64,000 bases of DNA, taken from an uncultured cyanobacterium. Its GTDB lineage: Bacteria; Cyanobacteriota; Cyanobacteriia; Cyanobacteriales; Nostocaceae. A model generated the notes under the pieces. The model did not search any database. It had not been told where the DNA came from and was given only the letters and a program-made list of their open reading frames with translations. A program made the translations under genes and the position numbers. This document shows positions 11,028 to 23,035 of the stretch, piece by piece (the first letter of the stretch is position 1; each line of letters starts with the position of its first letter). The stretch covers positions 2,720,001 through 2,784,000 of the forward strand of contig OY970166.1 in NCBI GenBank assembly GCA_963706595.1. The letters are read 5' to 3'.

Positions 11028-12165
11028 ATGAGAATCGCTTTATTTACTGAAACCTTTCTGCCCAAGATTGACGGCATAGTAACGCGCCTACGCCATACTG
11101 TTGACCATCTACAACGTAATGGCGACCAAGTACTAGTATTTGCCCCTGATGGTGGAATTACTGAACATAAAGGAGCTAAAGTTTACGGTGTTACTGGCTT
11201 TCCTCTGCCATTGTATCCAGAGTTAAAAATGGCTTTACCACGTCCTGCCATTGGTTATGCTTTAGAAGAATTTCAGCCAGATATTATTCATGTGGTGAAT
11301 CCAGCTGTCTTAGGATTGGCTGGGATTTTTTATAGCAAGATGCTTAAAATACCGCTAGTTGCATCTTACCATACCCATTTACCTCAATATCTCCAGCACT
11401 ACGGTTTGGGAATGCTCGAAGGATTTCTGTGGGAATTGCTCAAAGGCGCTCATAATCAAGCCGCTTTAAATCTTTGCACCTCTACAGTGATGATGGAAGA
11501 ACTGACTGGACACGGTATTGAACGGGTAAAGGTGTGGCAGAGGGGTGTGGATACAGAATTCTTTCATCCTGATTTAGCTAGTTTGGAGATGCGATCGCGT
11601 CTGTCCCAAAATCACCCAGAAAGTCCCCTACTGCTGTATGTCGGTCGTCTTTCCGCCGAAAAGGAAATTGAACGCATCAAGCCCATATTAGAGGCAATTC
11701 CTCATGCCCGATTGGCATTAGTCGGTGATGGTCCCCACCGTCAAGAATTAGAAAAACATTTTGCAGATACTGACACTCATTTTGTTGGGTATCTCACAGG
11801 ACAAGAATTAGGTTCTGCCTTTGCTAGCGCTGATGCCTTTATTTTTCCTTCTCGGACAGAAACACTAGGCTTAGTTTTACTAGAAGCCATGGCGGCGGGA
11901 TGTCCAGTTGTAGCAGCCCGTTCTGGGGGAATTCCTGATATTGTTACGGACGGTGTAAATGGCTATCTTTTTGATCCCACAGCAGATATTCAAGATGCCA
12001 TTAATGCCACTGTTTGCCTCCTGGAACACAAAAAAGAACGAGAAGTGATTCGTGAAAACGCCCGTAGGGAAGCAGAAAATTGGGGATGGTCAGTCTGCGA
12101 CTTGTCAGTTGCAGGATTACTATGAAAAGGTGGTATTTGCCGGAAAACTGACCACAGTAGCTTAA
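11028..12165 (+). CDS. sqdX: sulfolipid sulfoquinovosyltransferase (GT4); apparent extra base near 12093 alters the C-terminus
   Basis: MRIALFTETFLPK, ETLGLVLLEAMA; next to sqdB; tail QLQDYYEKVV..VA* lies in another frame ending at 12165. Confidence 0.88.
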
Positions 12166-12236
12166 ATCAGTCAAAAGTGAACAGTTATCAGTAATCAAGG
12201 TCGTTTGACTGATAACTGATAGCTGATTGTAGTCTC

Positions 12237-12497
12237 TCAGCTTGTACTTTCCTCATCATCACCTTTAAAGGGACTTTCACCAATTTGCAGTTGTTTTTTC
12301 GTTTTTTTCAACTGTTTCCACAAAGCCTTGATTTGTTCATAAGCTTCATCTGGGGTCAACTTTCCACCTGTTTCTAAATTACAGATGTAACTAATACGTT
12401 GAGCAAATTCCTGCAAATTGGCATTAAAAACCAAATTTTCAGGCTTTACATGACCATAGTAGCGCCCACGAGGATAGAGAAAATCATCTTTATTCAT
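12237..12497 (-). CDS. conserved small cyanobacterial protein
   Basis: FLYP..RYYG..PENLVFNANLQEFAQR..YIC.LET.GK signature; likely start ATG 12497. Confidence 0.8.
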   Translation of the reverse strand: MNKDDFLYPRGRYYGHVKPENLVFNANLQEFAQRISYICNLETGGKLTPDEAYEQIKALWKQLKKTKKQLQIGESPFKGDDEESTS

Positions 12498-13226
12498 TAT
12501 TTTTAGCCATTTATCTAAATATTGTTTCTGTTTTCGGGATTTTCCAGAAATAAATTCTCTAACTTCCAGATCCCAGTCCACTTATTTTTCCTGATTTTCC
12601 TTGTCTCAAATGATTGGGTATTTTTTTTACTGAGAAATCCCTTAATATAGCTAAATAATTAAATACCTTAATCTTTTCTGTGTCAGACCAAAGAAGTTGA
12701 TCTCAACACTTTCATTCTGGCAGGGATTGTGGGGAAAAGGGTTAATTCTGAGTTTGAATTTAAAGGCTCAGGATCAAACATGAAACGCTTGACAACAAGC
12801 AGTATAAACAATTGATTTACTTAGATGAGCAAAAACATCATATTTTGCTCTTGCTAATTAATTTCATTAAATGATAATCTGTTTGATGGCTTAGGTACTT
12901 TTGATTGTGCTAAAAGGTTCCATTCATACGGTATTAATCTGTATTTTTTCAATGGTTTTAGAGTTTTTCTGCCCCCCGATAATTATATGCAGGTGATAAA
13001 ACTTACCCTACCCTAACTATAATTGTCTACCATCAAAGGTTAGAGTTCCGTTGTCTTTGTTCGACAACTTACCCTGACTCTCATCCTGCTAGAGTGTAGG
13101 TGCTTGAGATCAACCGATCAAGGATAGCCAAGTCACCACCAATAGCAGACCTGGAAGAACTAAAGATAAAATAGTTAAGCCTGAAAGGGCTAAAGCTGCC
13201 CACTTCCTCAAACTTTACCTCACATC

Positions 13227-13964
13227 ATGTCTGTTTACTCTCAGTTATACGAAGGCAAAGCTAAAATTCTCTATGCAACGGACGATCCAGAAGTCTTGTT
13301 AGCTGATTTTAAGGATGATGCCACTGCTTTTAATGCCCAGAAACGTGGCAGTATTATCGACAAGGGAAAAATTAACTGTACCATTTCTAGCCAGTTATTT
13401 CAGCAGTTGGAAATCTATGGTATAAAAACCCACTATATTGATAGTCCTAATCCGCATCAAATGCGAGTCAAGGCTGTCAAGATTGTGCCAATAGAAGTAG
13501 TGGTCAGAAATATTGCTGCTGGTAGTCTTTGTCAGCAAACAGGATTAACTGTAGGTACGGTGCTGAAACAACCGTTGGTAGAGTTTTATTACAAAAACGA
13601 CCAATTGGGAGATCCACTGTTAACACGCGATCGCCTATTTCTGCTAGAACTAGCAACACCGGAACAAGTAGATACAATTAACAATCTAGCATTGCAAGTC
13701 AACGAGTTTCTCCGTGACTTTTGGCAAAAGTGCGGCATTACCCTAGTAGACTTCAAACTAGAATTTGGTTTGGACTCACAACAGCAAATACTCTTGGCAG
13801 ATGAAATTAGCCCTGATACTTGCCGTTTGTGGAACACGACCGAAGCAGATCCTAACCTGCGGGTTATGGATAAAGACCGTTTCCGCCGTGACTTGGGGAA
13901 TGTAGAGAATGCTTACCAGGAAGTTTTACAACGAGTGCTACAAGCAGTAGAAAGTAAAACTTGA
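13227..13964 (+). CDS. purC: SAICAR synthetase
   Basis: LYEGKAK, VDFKLEFG, LADEISPDTCRLW. Confidence 0.97.
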   Translation: MSVYSQLYEGKAKILYATDDPEVLLADFKDDATAFNAQKRGSIIDKGKINCTISSQLFQQLEIYGIKTHYIDSPNPHQMRVKAVKIVPIEVVVRNIAAGSLCQQTGLTVGTVLKQPLVEFYYKNDQLGDPLLTRDRLFLLELATPEQVDTINNLALQVNEFLRDFWQKCGITLVDFKLEFGLDSQQQILLADEISPDTCRLWNTTEADPNLRVMDKDRFRRDLGNVENAYQEVLQRVLQAVESKT

Positions 13965-14102
13965 ATTGTTTTTGACTGATGCCTTGCGACTTATAAAGTA
14001 AAGAGGCAATAGCAAACAATTTTATTTTGACCCGGTATCTTTTGCATAAGAGCATGATTGCCAAGCGAATGGTGTGTGGACGTGAAGAGGAATTTAAATA
14101 AA

Positions 14103-16380
14103 ATGCGTTTATCTCCCGTATGGGTAGCAATGGTAGCAATGGCAACGCCATTAGGCGTAACATCTAGTGCCAATGCCCAAACCATTAATAGTTCAGGACA
14201 GACAGCAGAAGTTTTCACACCTGAAATTAATCAAGCGGTTCCAGCAAGTGAAACTCTCAACTTTCACTCTAACTCCATAGAAGTTCCATCTTTTGTTACA
14301 ATTATCCCTGTTAAATCAGCCCAGAAGACGACATCAGAGTAATAATCCCCACCTTGACAACGCCGAAAGTTAGTCCAAACTCTGAAAAAACGGCAAATTT
14401 TCTCACCCAACAGCCTAATTCTGTTCCAGAGATTGTACCCCCACAAGTGGACCAGCCGGTACCGTCACCAACCCCTGAAACTACTCCCAGTCCGGGAAAT
14501 TTAAATACTCCCAACGCCACCCCAAATGCTGAGGAACCTCGCGTACTAGTATCAGAAGTAGTTGTTAAACCTGAGACAGGAGAACTAACATCAGAACTGG
14601 AAGACCAAGTTTATCGAGTAATTCGTACCCAACCAGGTCGAACAACAACTCGCATCTCAACTGCAAGAAGATATTAATGCCATCTTTGGTACTGGCTTCT
14701 TCGCCAACGTTCAGGCAGTGCCAGAAGATACACCTTTGGGTGTGCGGGTGAGCTTTATTGTCCAACCCAACCCCGTCCTGAGTAAAGTAGAAGTGCAAGC
14801 CAATCCGGGAACTGATGTTCCTTCTGTACTGCCTGCTAGTACTGTGGATGAAGTATTTCGCGAGCAATATGGTCAAGTCCTCAACCTGCGCGAATTGCAA
14901 GAAGGCATCAAGAAGTTAACCGAGCAGTATCAAGAACAAGGTTACGTACTAGCAAACGTCATTGGATCGCCTCAAATCTCGGAAACTGGAGTTGTGACCC
15001 TGCAAGTAGCGGAAGGGGTAGTAGAAAATCTCAAAGTCCGGTTCCGCAATAGCGAAGGTCAGGAGACAGACGAGAAAGGGAGAACCAATTCGGGGTCGGA
15101 CACAGGAGTATATAATCACGCGAGAACTGGAATTAAAGCCAGGAGAAGTATTTAACCGCAACATAGTACAAAGAGACCTACAGAGGGTATTTGGACTAGG
15201 GTTATTTGAAGATGTAAATGTTTCCCTTGACCCTGGTACAGACCCTAGTAAGGTTGATGTAGTAGTGAATGTAGCCGAACGTAGTAGTGGTTCTATTGCG
15301 GCTGGAGCAGGGTTTAGTTCTGCTAGTGGACTATTTGGTACTGTTAGTTATCAGCAGCAAAACCTGCAGGAAGAAACCAAAACCTGGGCGCAGAAGTACA
15401 GGTAGGACAACGGGAACTGCTGTTTGACCTCCGGTTTACAGACCCTTGGATTGCAGGTGATCCCTACAGAACTTCTTATACAACCAATCTGTTTCGCCGC
15501 AGTTCCATTTCATTGATTTTTGATGGACAAGATGGTGATATTAGGACATTTGAACCAGAGGAAACAATGAGCACAGATGGCGATCGCCCCCGTGTTCTCC
15601 GACTAGGTGGTGGTGTTACCTTTACCCGTCCTCTATCTCCAAATCCCTATAAAAGATCGGAATGGACAGCTTCAGCCGGATTACAGTATCAACGAGTTTC
15701 CACCCGTGATGCCGATGGTAATGTCAGACCAGAAGGAGCCGTATTCGACGAGGATGGAGTCGCCGGAGAACGAATTCCCCTGAGCTTTATCAGGTGAAGG
15801 TGAAGATGATTTGCTGCTATTACAACTAGGCGCACAGCGCGATCTGCGTAATAACCCCTTACAACCCACCAGCGGTTCCTTCCTGCGCTTTGGGGTAGAT
15901 CAGTCCGTACCAGTCGGACTAGGTAGTATTTTTCTCACTAGATTACGAGGTAACTATAGCCAATACTTACCTGTTAATTTTACTAACTTCACCAAAGGGC
16001 CACAAACCCTAGCATTTAACCTGCAAGGGGGAACAATCCTCGGTGACTTGCCTCCCTATGAAGCTTTTACCCTCGGCGGTAGCAACTCGTTCGGGGTTAC
16101 GAAGAAGGAGCATTAAGCAGTGGACGCAGTTACGTACAAGCATCTGTTGAGTATCGCTTCCCTGTTTTCTCAGTAGTCAGTGGCGCACTGTTTTTTGATC
16201 TTGGTAGTGATCTGGGAACTACAACTAGGACCGGCTGAAGTATTAAACAAAAACGGTAGTGGCTACGGCTATGGACTTGGTGTGCGTGTACAATCTCCAC
16301 TAGGCCCAATTCGGATTGACTACGGCATTAACGATGATGGCGATAGTCGCATCAATTTTGGTATTGGTGAAAGGTTTTAA
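14103..16380 (+). pseudogene. Omp85/BamA outer-membrane assembly protein, broken into about 8 pieces (probably sequence errors)
   Basis: Signal peptide, Pro-rich linker, POTRA motifs (PRVLVSEV, GYVLA), barrel motifs, terminal FGIGERF; upstream of lpxC. Confidence 0.9.
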
Positions 16381-16415
16381 TTAGTCATTGGTCATTGGTC
16401 ATTGGTCATTAGTCA
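16381..16415. repeat. STRR heptamer (GTCATTG/A)n
   Basis: ttagtcattggtcattggtcattggtcattagtc. Confidence 0.85.
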
Positions 16416-16649
16416 ATTGTGACTGAACTTTTACTTTTGACCCCTCGACTTACCTGCTACGAAGGCACAGTTGCTCAGGGTAAACATTTAACTTTTACGC
16501 GCCCTGGGTATAGGTACTTGCTAATTTTCACATTTACCTCAATACTGTTTCCATAAAGGCATAACGAACATTTTATTGAGGGGATTATCAGGGTTTTTAC
16601 CGAAACTTAAGATGAATCATACAAATCAAAATATATTAATTTTTTGCTT

Positions 16650-17476
16650 ATGCAACAGCACACCATAGCAGCGGAAATCACCCAAACTGGAGTGGGACTG
16701 CATAGTGGTGTGATTACCCATGTCCGGATATTACCATCTGAGCCAGGTAGTGGACGCTACTTTGTCCGGGTGGATTTGCCGGATTTACCAATCATTCCCG
16801 CCCAAGTTACGGCAGTAAATCAAACTCTGCTCTCAACTCAATTAGGTGAGGGTGAAGCCTGCATTCGCACAGTAGAGCATTTATTAGCAGCACTTGTAGG
16901 AATGGGGGTGGATAACGCCCGAATTGAAATTGATGGCTCAGAAGTCCCACTATTAGACGGTTCGGCAAAGGTATGGACTGAAAGTATTGCTCAAGTTGGC
17001 TTGTATCACAACCAATTAACAACCAAGTTCCTTTGGTTGTCAAAGAGCCAATATGGATTTATGAAAATGATGCTTTTGCTTGCGCCCTACCAGCATCAAA
17101 AACCCGTTTTAGTTACGAAATTGATTTTGAGCTATCGGCTATTGGTAATCAATGGCATAGTTGGTCACTGAGTGCCAGTTTTGCTGAAGAAATTGCCCCG
17201 GCTCGGACTTTTGGTTTACTGCATCAAATTGAACATTTACAAAAAACAGGGTTAATTAAAGGTGGTAGCTTGGATAATGCCCTGGTTTTTCGATCTGAAG
17301 GTTTGGTAAATCCACCATTAAGATTTGCAAATGAACCAGTTCGTCATAAAATCTTGGATTTAGTAGGAGATTTGAGTTTACTGGGAACTTTTCCGCAAGC
17401 TCATTTCTTAGCGTATAAAGCCAGCCACAATTTACACATTCAACTGGCTCGGAAAATTTTAGAGTTGGCAGGCTAA
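16650..17476 (+). pseudogene. lpxC: UDP-3-O-acyl-GlcNAc deacetylase; one apparent frameshift near 17002 (likely artefact)
   Basis: [16 protein letters not shown] and PLLDGSA in one frame; APARTFG and HKILDLVGD in another. Confidence 0.93.
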
Positions 17477-17551
17477 AGTCTAAAATCTCAATTTTTACAG
17501 GTTTTCATCCCTGCCTACTTCATTTATCAATTAAAAATCAACATACCGCTA

Positions 17552-18062
17552 ATGGCAATCGTCACTGAAGTGAATAGTCCCGATACTACTGTAGCTACAT
17601 CTACCGCCAGAACAGATTACTGAAATTAAAACCACATTTTCCTCTGAAGAAATTCAGAAATTGCTACCCCACCGCTACCCATTTTTACTTGTAGATAAAA
17701 TAATTGACTATGTTCCAGGAAAATTGGCTGTAGGCGTTAAAAATGTTACTATCAACGAACCCCATTTTCCAGGACATTTCCCCGAACAGCCACTGATGCC
17801 AGGAGTGCTAATTGTTGAGGCTATGGCACAGGTTGGGGGTATTGTTCTCAAGCAACAGTCTGAGTTTGAAAACGGACTATTCGTTTTTGCTGGTATTGAT
17901 AAAGTGCGCTTTCGCCGCCAAGTCGTTCCAGGAGATCAGCTAGTGATGACAGTGGAACTGTTGTGGATAAAACAACGTCGTTTCAGTAAAATGCAAGCCC
18001 GTGCTGAGGTTGACGGTCAACTCGCTGCTGAAGGCGAATTAATGTTTTCTCTGATTAACTAA
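17552..18062 (+). CDS. fabZ: 3-hydroxyacyl-ACP dehydratase; apparent frameshift near 17606 in the N-terminal extension
   Basis: [29 protein letters not shown]. Confidence 0.95.
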
Positions 18063-18223
18063 TAATTTGCTGTGGTGCTGGTGGGTAAAGCCGTGATTTA
18101 CTCTGAGCTTAACCTAAATAAGAATAGCAGATAAAAAACAATCCACAACAGCATTTGATAATTTCTAGATTTTCGTCTCCCTTACACATAACTTGCTTGA
18201 CTCGACACTTTCGTCCACTTATT

Positions 18224-18251
18224 GTACAGACACGATTAATCGCGTCTCTAC
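18224..18251. repeat. REP-like palindrome (GT..AGAC.CGAT.AATCGCGTCTCTAC); related copies at 19103..19130 and 43684..43709
   Basis: Three near-identical palindromes seen directly. Confidence 0.8.
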
Positions 18252-18278
18252 ACTTAAAAAAGTTCTGGAGATTCACCC

Positions 18279-19098
18279 TTGAAGACGCTTATTCATCCAA
18301 CTGCTGTAATTCATCCTAAATCGGAACTCCACCCTACAGTACAAGTCGGTGCCTATGCTGTGATTGGAGCTCATGTCAAAGTCGGTCTGGAAACAATTAT
18401 TGGCGCTCATGTAGTGCTAGAAGGGCCTTGTGAGATTGGGGCGCGAAATCAAATTTTTCCAGGCGCAGCTATCGGTATGGAACCCCAGGATTTCAAGTTT
18501 GTGGGAGAACCGACTTGGGTCAAAATTGGTGACAATAACTTGATTCGTGAGTATGTCACTATTAACCGCGCTACTGGTGCTGGTGAAGCTACGGTGATTG
18601 GCAACAATAACCTTTTAATGGCTTATGTCCACGTAGCTCATAACTGCATAATTGAAGACAACGTAATTATTCCTAACTCAGTAGCTTTGGCAGGTCATGT
18701 TCACATAGAGTCACGCGCTAGGCTAGGTGGAGTTTTAGGTGTGCATCAATTTGTCCGCATTGGTCAACACGCAATGGTCGGGGGTATGGCACGTATTGAC
18801 CGGGATGTGCCTCCTTATATGTTGGTGGAGGGAAATCCAGCACGGGTCAGAACCCTGAATTTAGTGGGACTCAAACGTTCTGGGATGAACTCAACCGACC
18901 TGCAAGTTCTCAAAAAAGCGTTTCGGATTCTCTATCGGTCTGGCTTAAGTTTTAAGGAGGCTTTGGAACAGGCTCGAACAGTTGGGAGAAACGGAACAAT
19001 TGCAATACCTGCGTCGTTTTTTGCTCCTTTCTCAAATGCCAGGAAGACGTGGCTTAATTCCAGGAAGGAAAAAACCAGGCGGGAGTGATGAGTCCTAG
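18279..19098 (+). CDS. lpxA: UDP-GlcNAc O-acyltransferase; apparent extra base near 18972 alters the C-terminus
   Basis: IHPTAVI hexapeptide repeats, PQDFKF, HVAHNC, VHQF; tail RRGLIPG lies in another frame. Confidence 0.95.
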
Positions 19099-19186
19099 AT
19101 TAGTAAAGACGCGATAAATCGCGTCTCTACAAAGGCTTGAGCGCTAACTTTTAATGAATTAAATTTTAATTTTTAGTAATTATAAA

Positions 19187-20356
19187 ATGCGGATATTTAT
19201 CAGCACTGGCGAGGTATCTGGCGATTTGCAAGGTTCATTGCTAATTACAGCTATCCAGCGTCAAGCTGCTACTGCTGGTTTGCAATTAGAAATTGTGGCG
19301 CTGGGGGGAGAAAAAATGGCAGCAGCTGGAGCCACTATTTTGGGTAAAACTAGTGGTATTGGCTCGATGGGTTTGATAGAATCTCTGCCTTATATTTTCC
19401 CGACTATTCAGGTACAACGACGAGCGATCGCCTTTCTCAAAGACAATCCCCCTGATTTAGTGGTACTAATTGATTATATGGGGCCAAACTTGGGTATTGG
19501 CACTTATATGCAAAAGCATCTGCCACAAGTACCAGTGGTTTATTACATCGCTCCCCAAGAATGGGCGTGGTCAATGGGTTTGCGTAATACATCCCGAATT
19601 GTCGGTTTTACAGATAAACTTTTGGCTATCTTCCCCGAAGAAGCCCGTTATTTTCGCGAGAACGGCGCAGAAGTTAGCTGGGTTGGTCATCCCTTGGTTG
19701 ATCGAATGCAGGATGCACCTAGTCGTGAAGTAGCCCGCGCTCAATTGCAAATTCCACCAGCACAAAAGGCGATCGCACTACTTCCCGCTTCTCGTCGTCA
19801 AGAGCTAAAATATCTTTTACCGGTGATTTTTGCAGCAGCTCAAACGATTCAAGCTAAATTACCAGAAGTTCATTTTTGGATTCCCCTGTCACTAGAAGCT
19901 TACAGACAGCCAATCGAAGCCGCAATTCAAAGTTATGGTTTGCGGGCGACAGTTTTATCTGGTCAACAAAAAGAAGTATTTGCCGCAGCTGATTTTGCCA
20001 TAAGTAAATCTGGTACTGTCAACCTGGAACTAGCTTTACTAAATGTGCCGCAAGTTGTGGTTTATCGTCTCAATCCGATTACGGTTTGGATTGCCCGTAA
20101 AATCCTCAAAGGGTCGATAGTTTTTGCTTCCCCACCTAATTTAGTGGTAATGAAACCCATTGTGCCAGAGTTATTACAAGAGCAAGCCACAGCAGAGAAT
20201 ATTGTTCAAGCATCGATGGAATTACTGCTAAATCCTGAGCGTCGAGCGCAAACTTTGGCTGATTATGCCGAAATGCGGCAGCTTTTGGGAGAACTAGGGG
20301 TATGCGATCGCGTGGCTCAAGAAATTTTGCAAATGCTACCGGGTGTTGGGGAGTAG
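19187..20356 (+). CDS. lpxB: lipid-A-disaccharide synthase
   Basis: ISTGEVSGD, APQEWAW, VGHPL, LLPASR, SGTVNLE. Confidence 0.96.
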   Translation: MRIFISTGEVSGDLQGSLLITAIQRQAATAGLQLEIVALGGEKMAAAGATILGKTSGIGSMGLIESLPYIFPTIQVQRRAIAFLKDNPPDLVVLIDYMGPNLGIGTYMQKHLPQVPVVYYIAPQEWAWSMGLRNTSRIVGFTDKLLAIFPEEARYFRENGAEVSWVGHPLVDRMQDAPSREVARAQLQIPPAQKAIALLPASRRQELKYLLPVIFAAAQTIQAKLPEVHFWIPLSLEAYRQPIEAAIQSYGLRATVLSGQQKEVFAAADFAISKSGTVNLELALLNVPQVVVYRLNPITVWIARKILKGSIVFASPPNLVVMKPIVPELLQEQATAENIVQASMELLLNPERRAQTLADYAEMRQLLGELGVCDRVAQEILQMLPGVGE

Positions 20357-20390
20357 GGAGTAGGGAGGAATTGAAAAGGTGGTCAGGTAG

Positions 20391-21739
20391 ATGAGAAAAC
20401 AACGACCTATCGCTGTCGATTTATTTGCTGGTGCTGGTGGGATGAGCCTGGGCTTTGAACAAGCAGGTTTTGATGTACTTGCATCTGTAGAAATAGACCC
20501 CATCCACTGTGCAACGCACGAGTTTAATTTTCCTTTTTGGAGCGTTTTGTGCCAGCCTGTTGAAGAAATTACCAGTCAAGAAATTAGACAAAAATCATCG
20601 ATTGGCGATCGCGAAATTGATGTCGTGTTTGGTGGTCCCCCATGTCAAGGCTTTTCATTAATAGGTAAACGTTCTTTTGACGACCCTAGAAATTTTCTGG
20701 TATTTCATTATATTCGATTAGTATTAGAACTACAGCCCAAGTTTTTTGTTATTGAAAATGTCAAAGGAATGGTCTCCGGAAAACATCAAGAATTTATTGC
20801 AGAAATAATTAATAAATTTGCTAGCAATGGTTACCAAGTCCGGCAAAAATACCAAATTTTAAATGCTGCTCATTTCGGAGTACCACAAAATCGGGAAAGA
20901 TTATTTATTTTGGGTTGCCGTCAGGCTTAGAATTACCCAATTACCCAGATATAATTACTAAACCTGCTAAACAAAATAAATCTACACTTGCTTCGGCTAG
21001 CCTCAGCACAAGAGCTACAGAATTGACTTTAACTCCTACGGTTTGGGATGCACTTCAAGACTTGCCCAAAATAGAAAAATATCGGAAATTATATCAACGT
21101 GATTGGGTAGTTGCAGATTTTGGTAAGCCCAGTGATTATGGTCGGCTACTTCGTGGGCTGGGTTCTACAGATAATGACTATTCATATCAACGTCAGTATG
21201 ACTCTAGAATCCTGACCTCAAGTTTAAGAACAAAGCATAATTTAGAATCTATTACCAGATTTGCAGCTACAGCTTATGGTAAAACGGAAAGAATTAGTCG
21301 CTTCCATAAACTTGACCCGGACGGGATTTGTAATACTCTCAGAGCCGGAACTCCTAGTAATCGAGGAGCTTTTACTTCCCCTAGACCAATTCATCCGTTG
21401 ATACCCAGATGTATTACTGTGCGTGAAGCAGCGCGTTTACATTCTTATCCAGATTGGTTTAGGTTCCATGTCACAAAATGGCATGGATTTCGACAAATAG
21501 GAAATTCTGTTCCTCCTTTATTAGCTAAAGCCGTCGCCTTAGAAATTATTAAATGTTTAGATATAAACTTAGATCAACCCACAACTATCAAACATTTAGG
21601 AAATGATGTTTTACTAAGTTTTGGGATGACGCAAGCCGCTAAATACTTCCAAGTGAATCCGCATACTATAGAGCCTAGAGTCAGAAAATCAAATATCAAT
21701 AAATTGGTTCCTGCTGATCAAGTTTCTACAGCAGATTGA
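20391..21739 (+). pseudogene. DNA (cytosine-5) methyltransferase, probably CGATCG-specific (DmtC/M.Ssp6803I-like); one apparent frameshift near 20923
   Basis: DLFAGAGG, GGPPCQGFS, ENV, PQNRER; second part NTLRAGT..PRPIHP, TVREAARL, QIGNSV. Confidence 0.88.
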
Positions 21740-21765
21740 CAAAATTATCGAAATTGCGAATAAAT

Positions 21766-22718
21766 TTAAGTCCAAGCCCGGAAGAATGTACTATCTTCCC
21801 AGATATTAGCAGTACGTTGAGCGATCGCATTTAATTCTTGTTGACTCAGGGGTTGAAAAGCACGAGCTACCTTGCACTATTCTTTAATTGTGGTGTTCTT
21901 CAGCCGCAATCACGCAACAATGAACCCCAGGCTCAGACATCGTATATCCTAAAGCTTGCTGCATACCTGCCAAACCACCGGGTTTAAACAACCGACCATA
22001 AGCCGGGACTTTCATGGCAATTACACCCACGTTTTTGGCTTGCGCTATCGGCAGAACTACCGGAAGAAAAGGACGTGGATGATGTTGGTCGGCAGCATTC
22101 ACAGGAATCAGTGTAGCGTGGAAAGGATAGCGGCGCAGTCCTTCGGCAATTATTTCTGGGTCATGATGTCCGGTAATACCTGCGAAGCGTACAAGTTTCT
22201 GCTGTATGGCTTCTTCTAAAGCTGTAATTGCACCAGATGCACTAAAGATAGTGTCGAGTTCTGAGGAAAAGGACACATGATGCAACTGCCATAAATCAAG
22301 GTAATCTGTATTCAGACGTTTAAGCGATCGCTCCAATTCTCGCCATGCACCATCGTAGTCTCTTTGATCAGTCTTGCTGGCTAGAAACAGCCCAGAACGA
22401 TCGGGTGGTCAGCACTTTTCCTAAATAATCTTCACTAGGACCATAACTAGCAGCCGTATCAAAGTAGCGGATACCCAGTTCCAACGCTTTTTGAATAATT
22501 GCTTCAGCATCACGTTCTCTGTCATCCCAAGATAGCGGCGTTTGTCCTGCACCTCCCAATCCGAAAATAGGTAAATTTACTTCAGTGCTTCCCAGGACTC
22601 GTTCTGGCATAGTTGCTGTTGGTTTAGCAGCCTGTGGAAAGGCAGTAGTTGCTGTAATACCGCTAGCTACAGCAACACTGGTAATTATAAAATTGCGCCG
22701 TGTTTGCTTTTCTATCAT
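21766..22718 (-). pseudogene. aldo/keto reductase with twin-arginine leader; at least 2 apparent frameshifts
   Basis: TRRNFI leader; GIRYFDTAASYG, FLASK, SLKRLNTDYLDL, GVIAMK spread across frames. Confidence 0.85.
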
Positions 22719-22972
22719 GATTGGCTGCGGCGAAATTGCACCTTTTATCTTAGCGAAGGACAATTGCTCTGAGACATCTACCTAAATGAGTATATGAAAA
22801 GCTCACGCATTGGCGCTAGCCTCTCCCTTTTGGAGAAGGGCGCAAAGCTATAAAGAATTCACAATACAAGTTTTATTGTTGTGCATTCAATCACATAATG
22901 AATTTACAGAAAACTACATCCCTAGTGTGAATAATGTACTTCTATTAAATGATGCTGAAAGCGCTTAATTAG

Positions 22973-23001
22973 AAACCCTCTCTGAAGTATGCAGAGGGTT
23001 T
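22973..23001 (-). terminator. hairpin downstream of the prohibitin gene
   Basis: AAACCCTCT..AGAGGGTTT inverted repeat. Confidence 0.5.
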
Positions 23002-23035
23002 GAAAAAATTATTCACTCATAATCAAGACTCAAAA

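Noticed and set aside
14103..16380. Programmed frameshifting or phase variation in omp85/lpx genes
   Set aside because: Too many breaks, no consistent slippery or repeat tract, and unrelated neighbours are also affected
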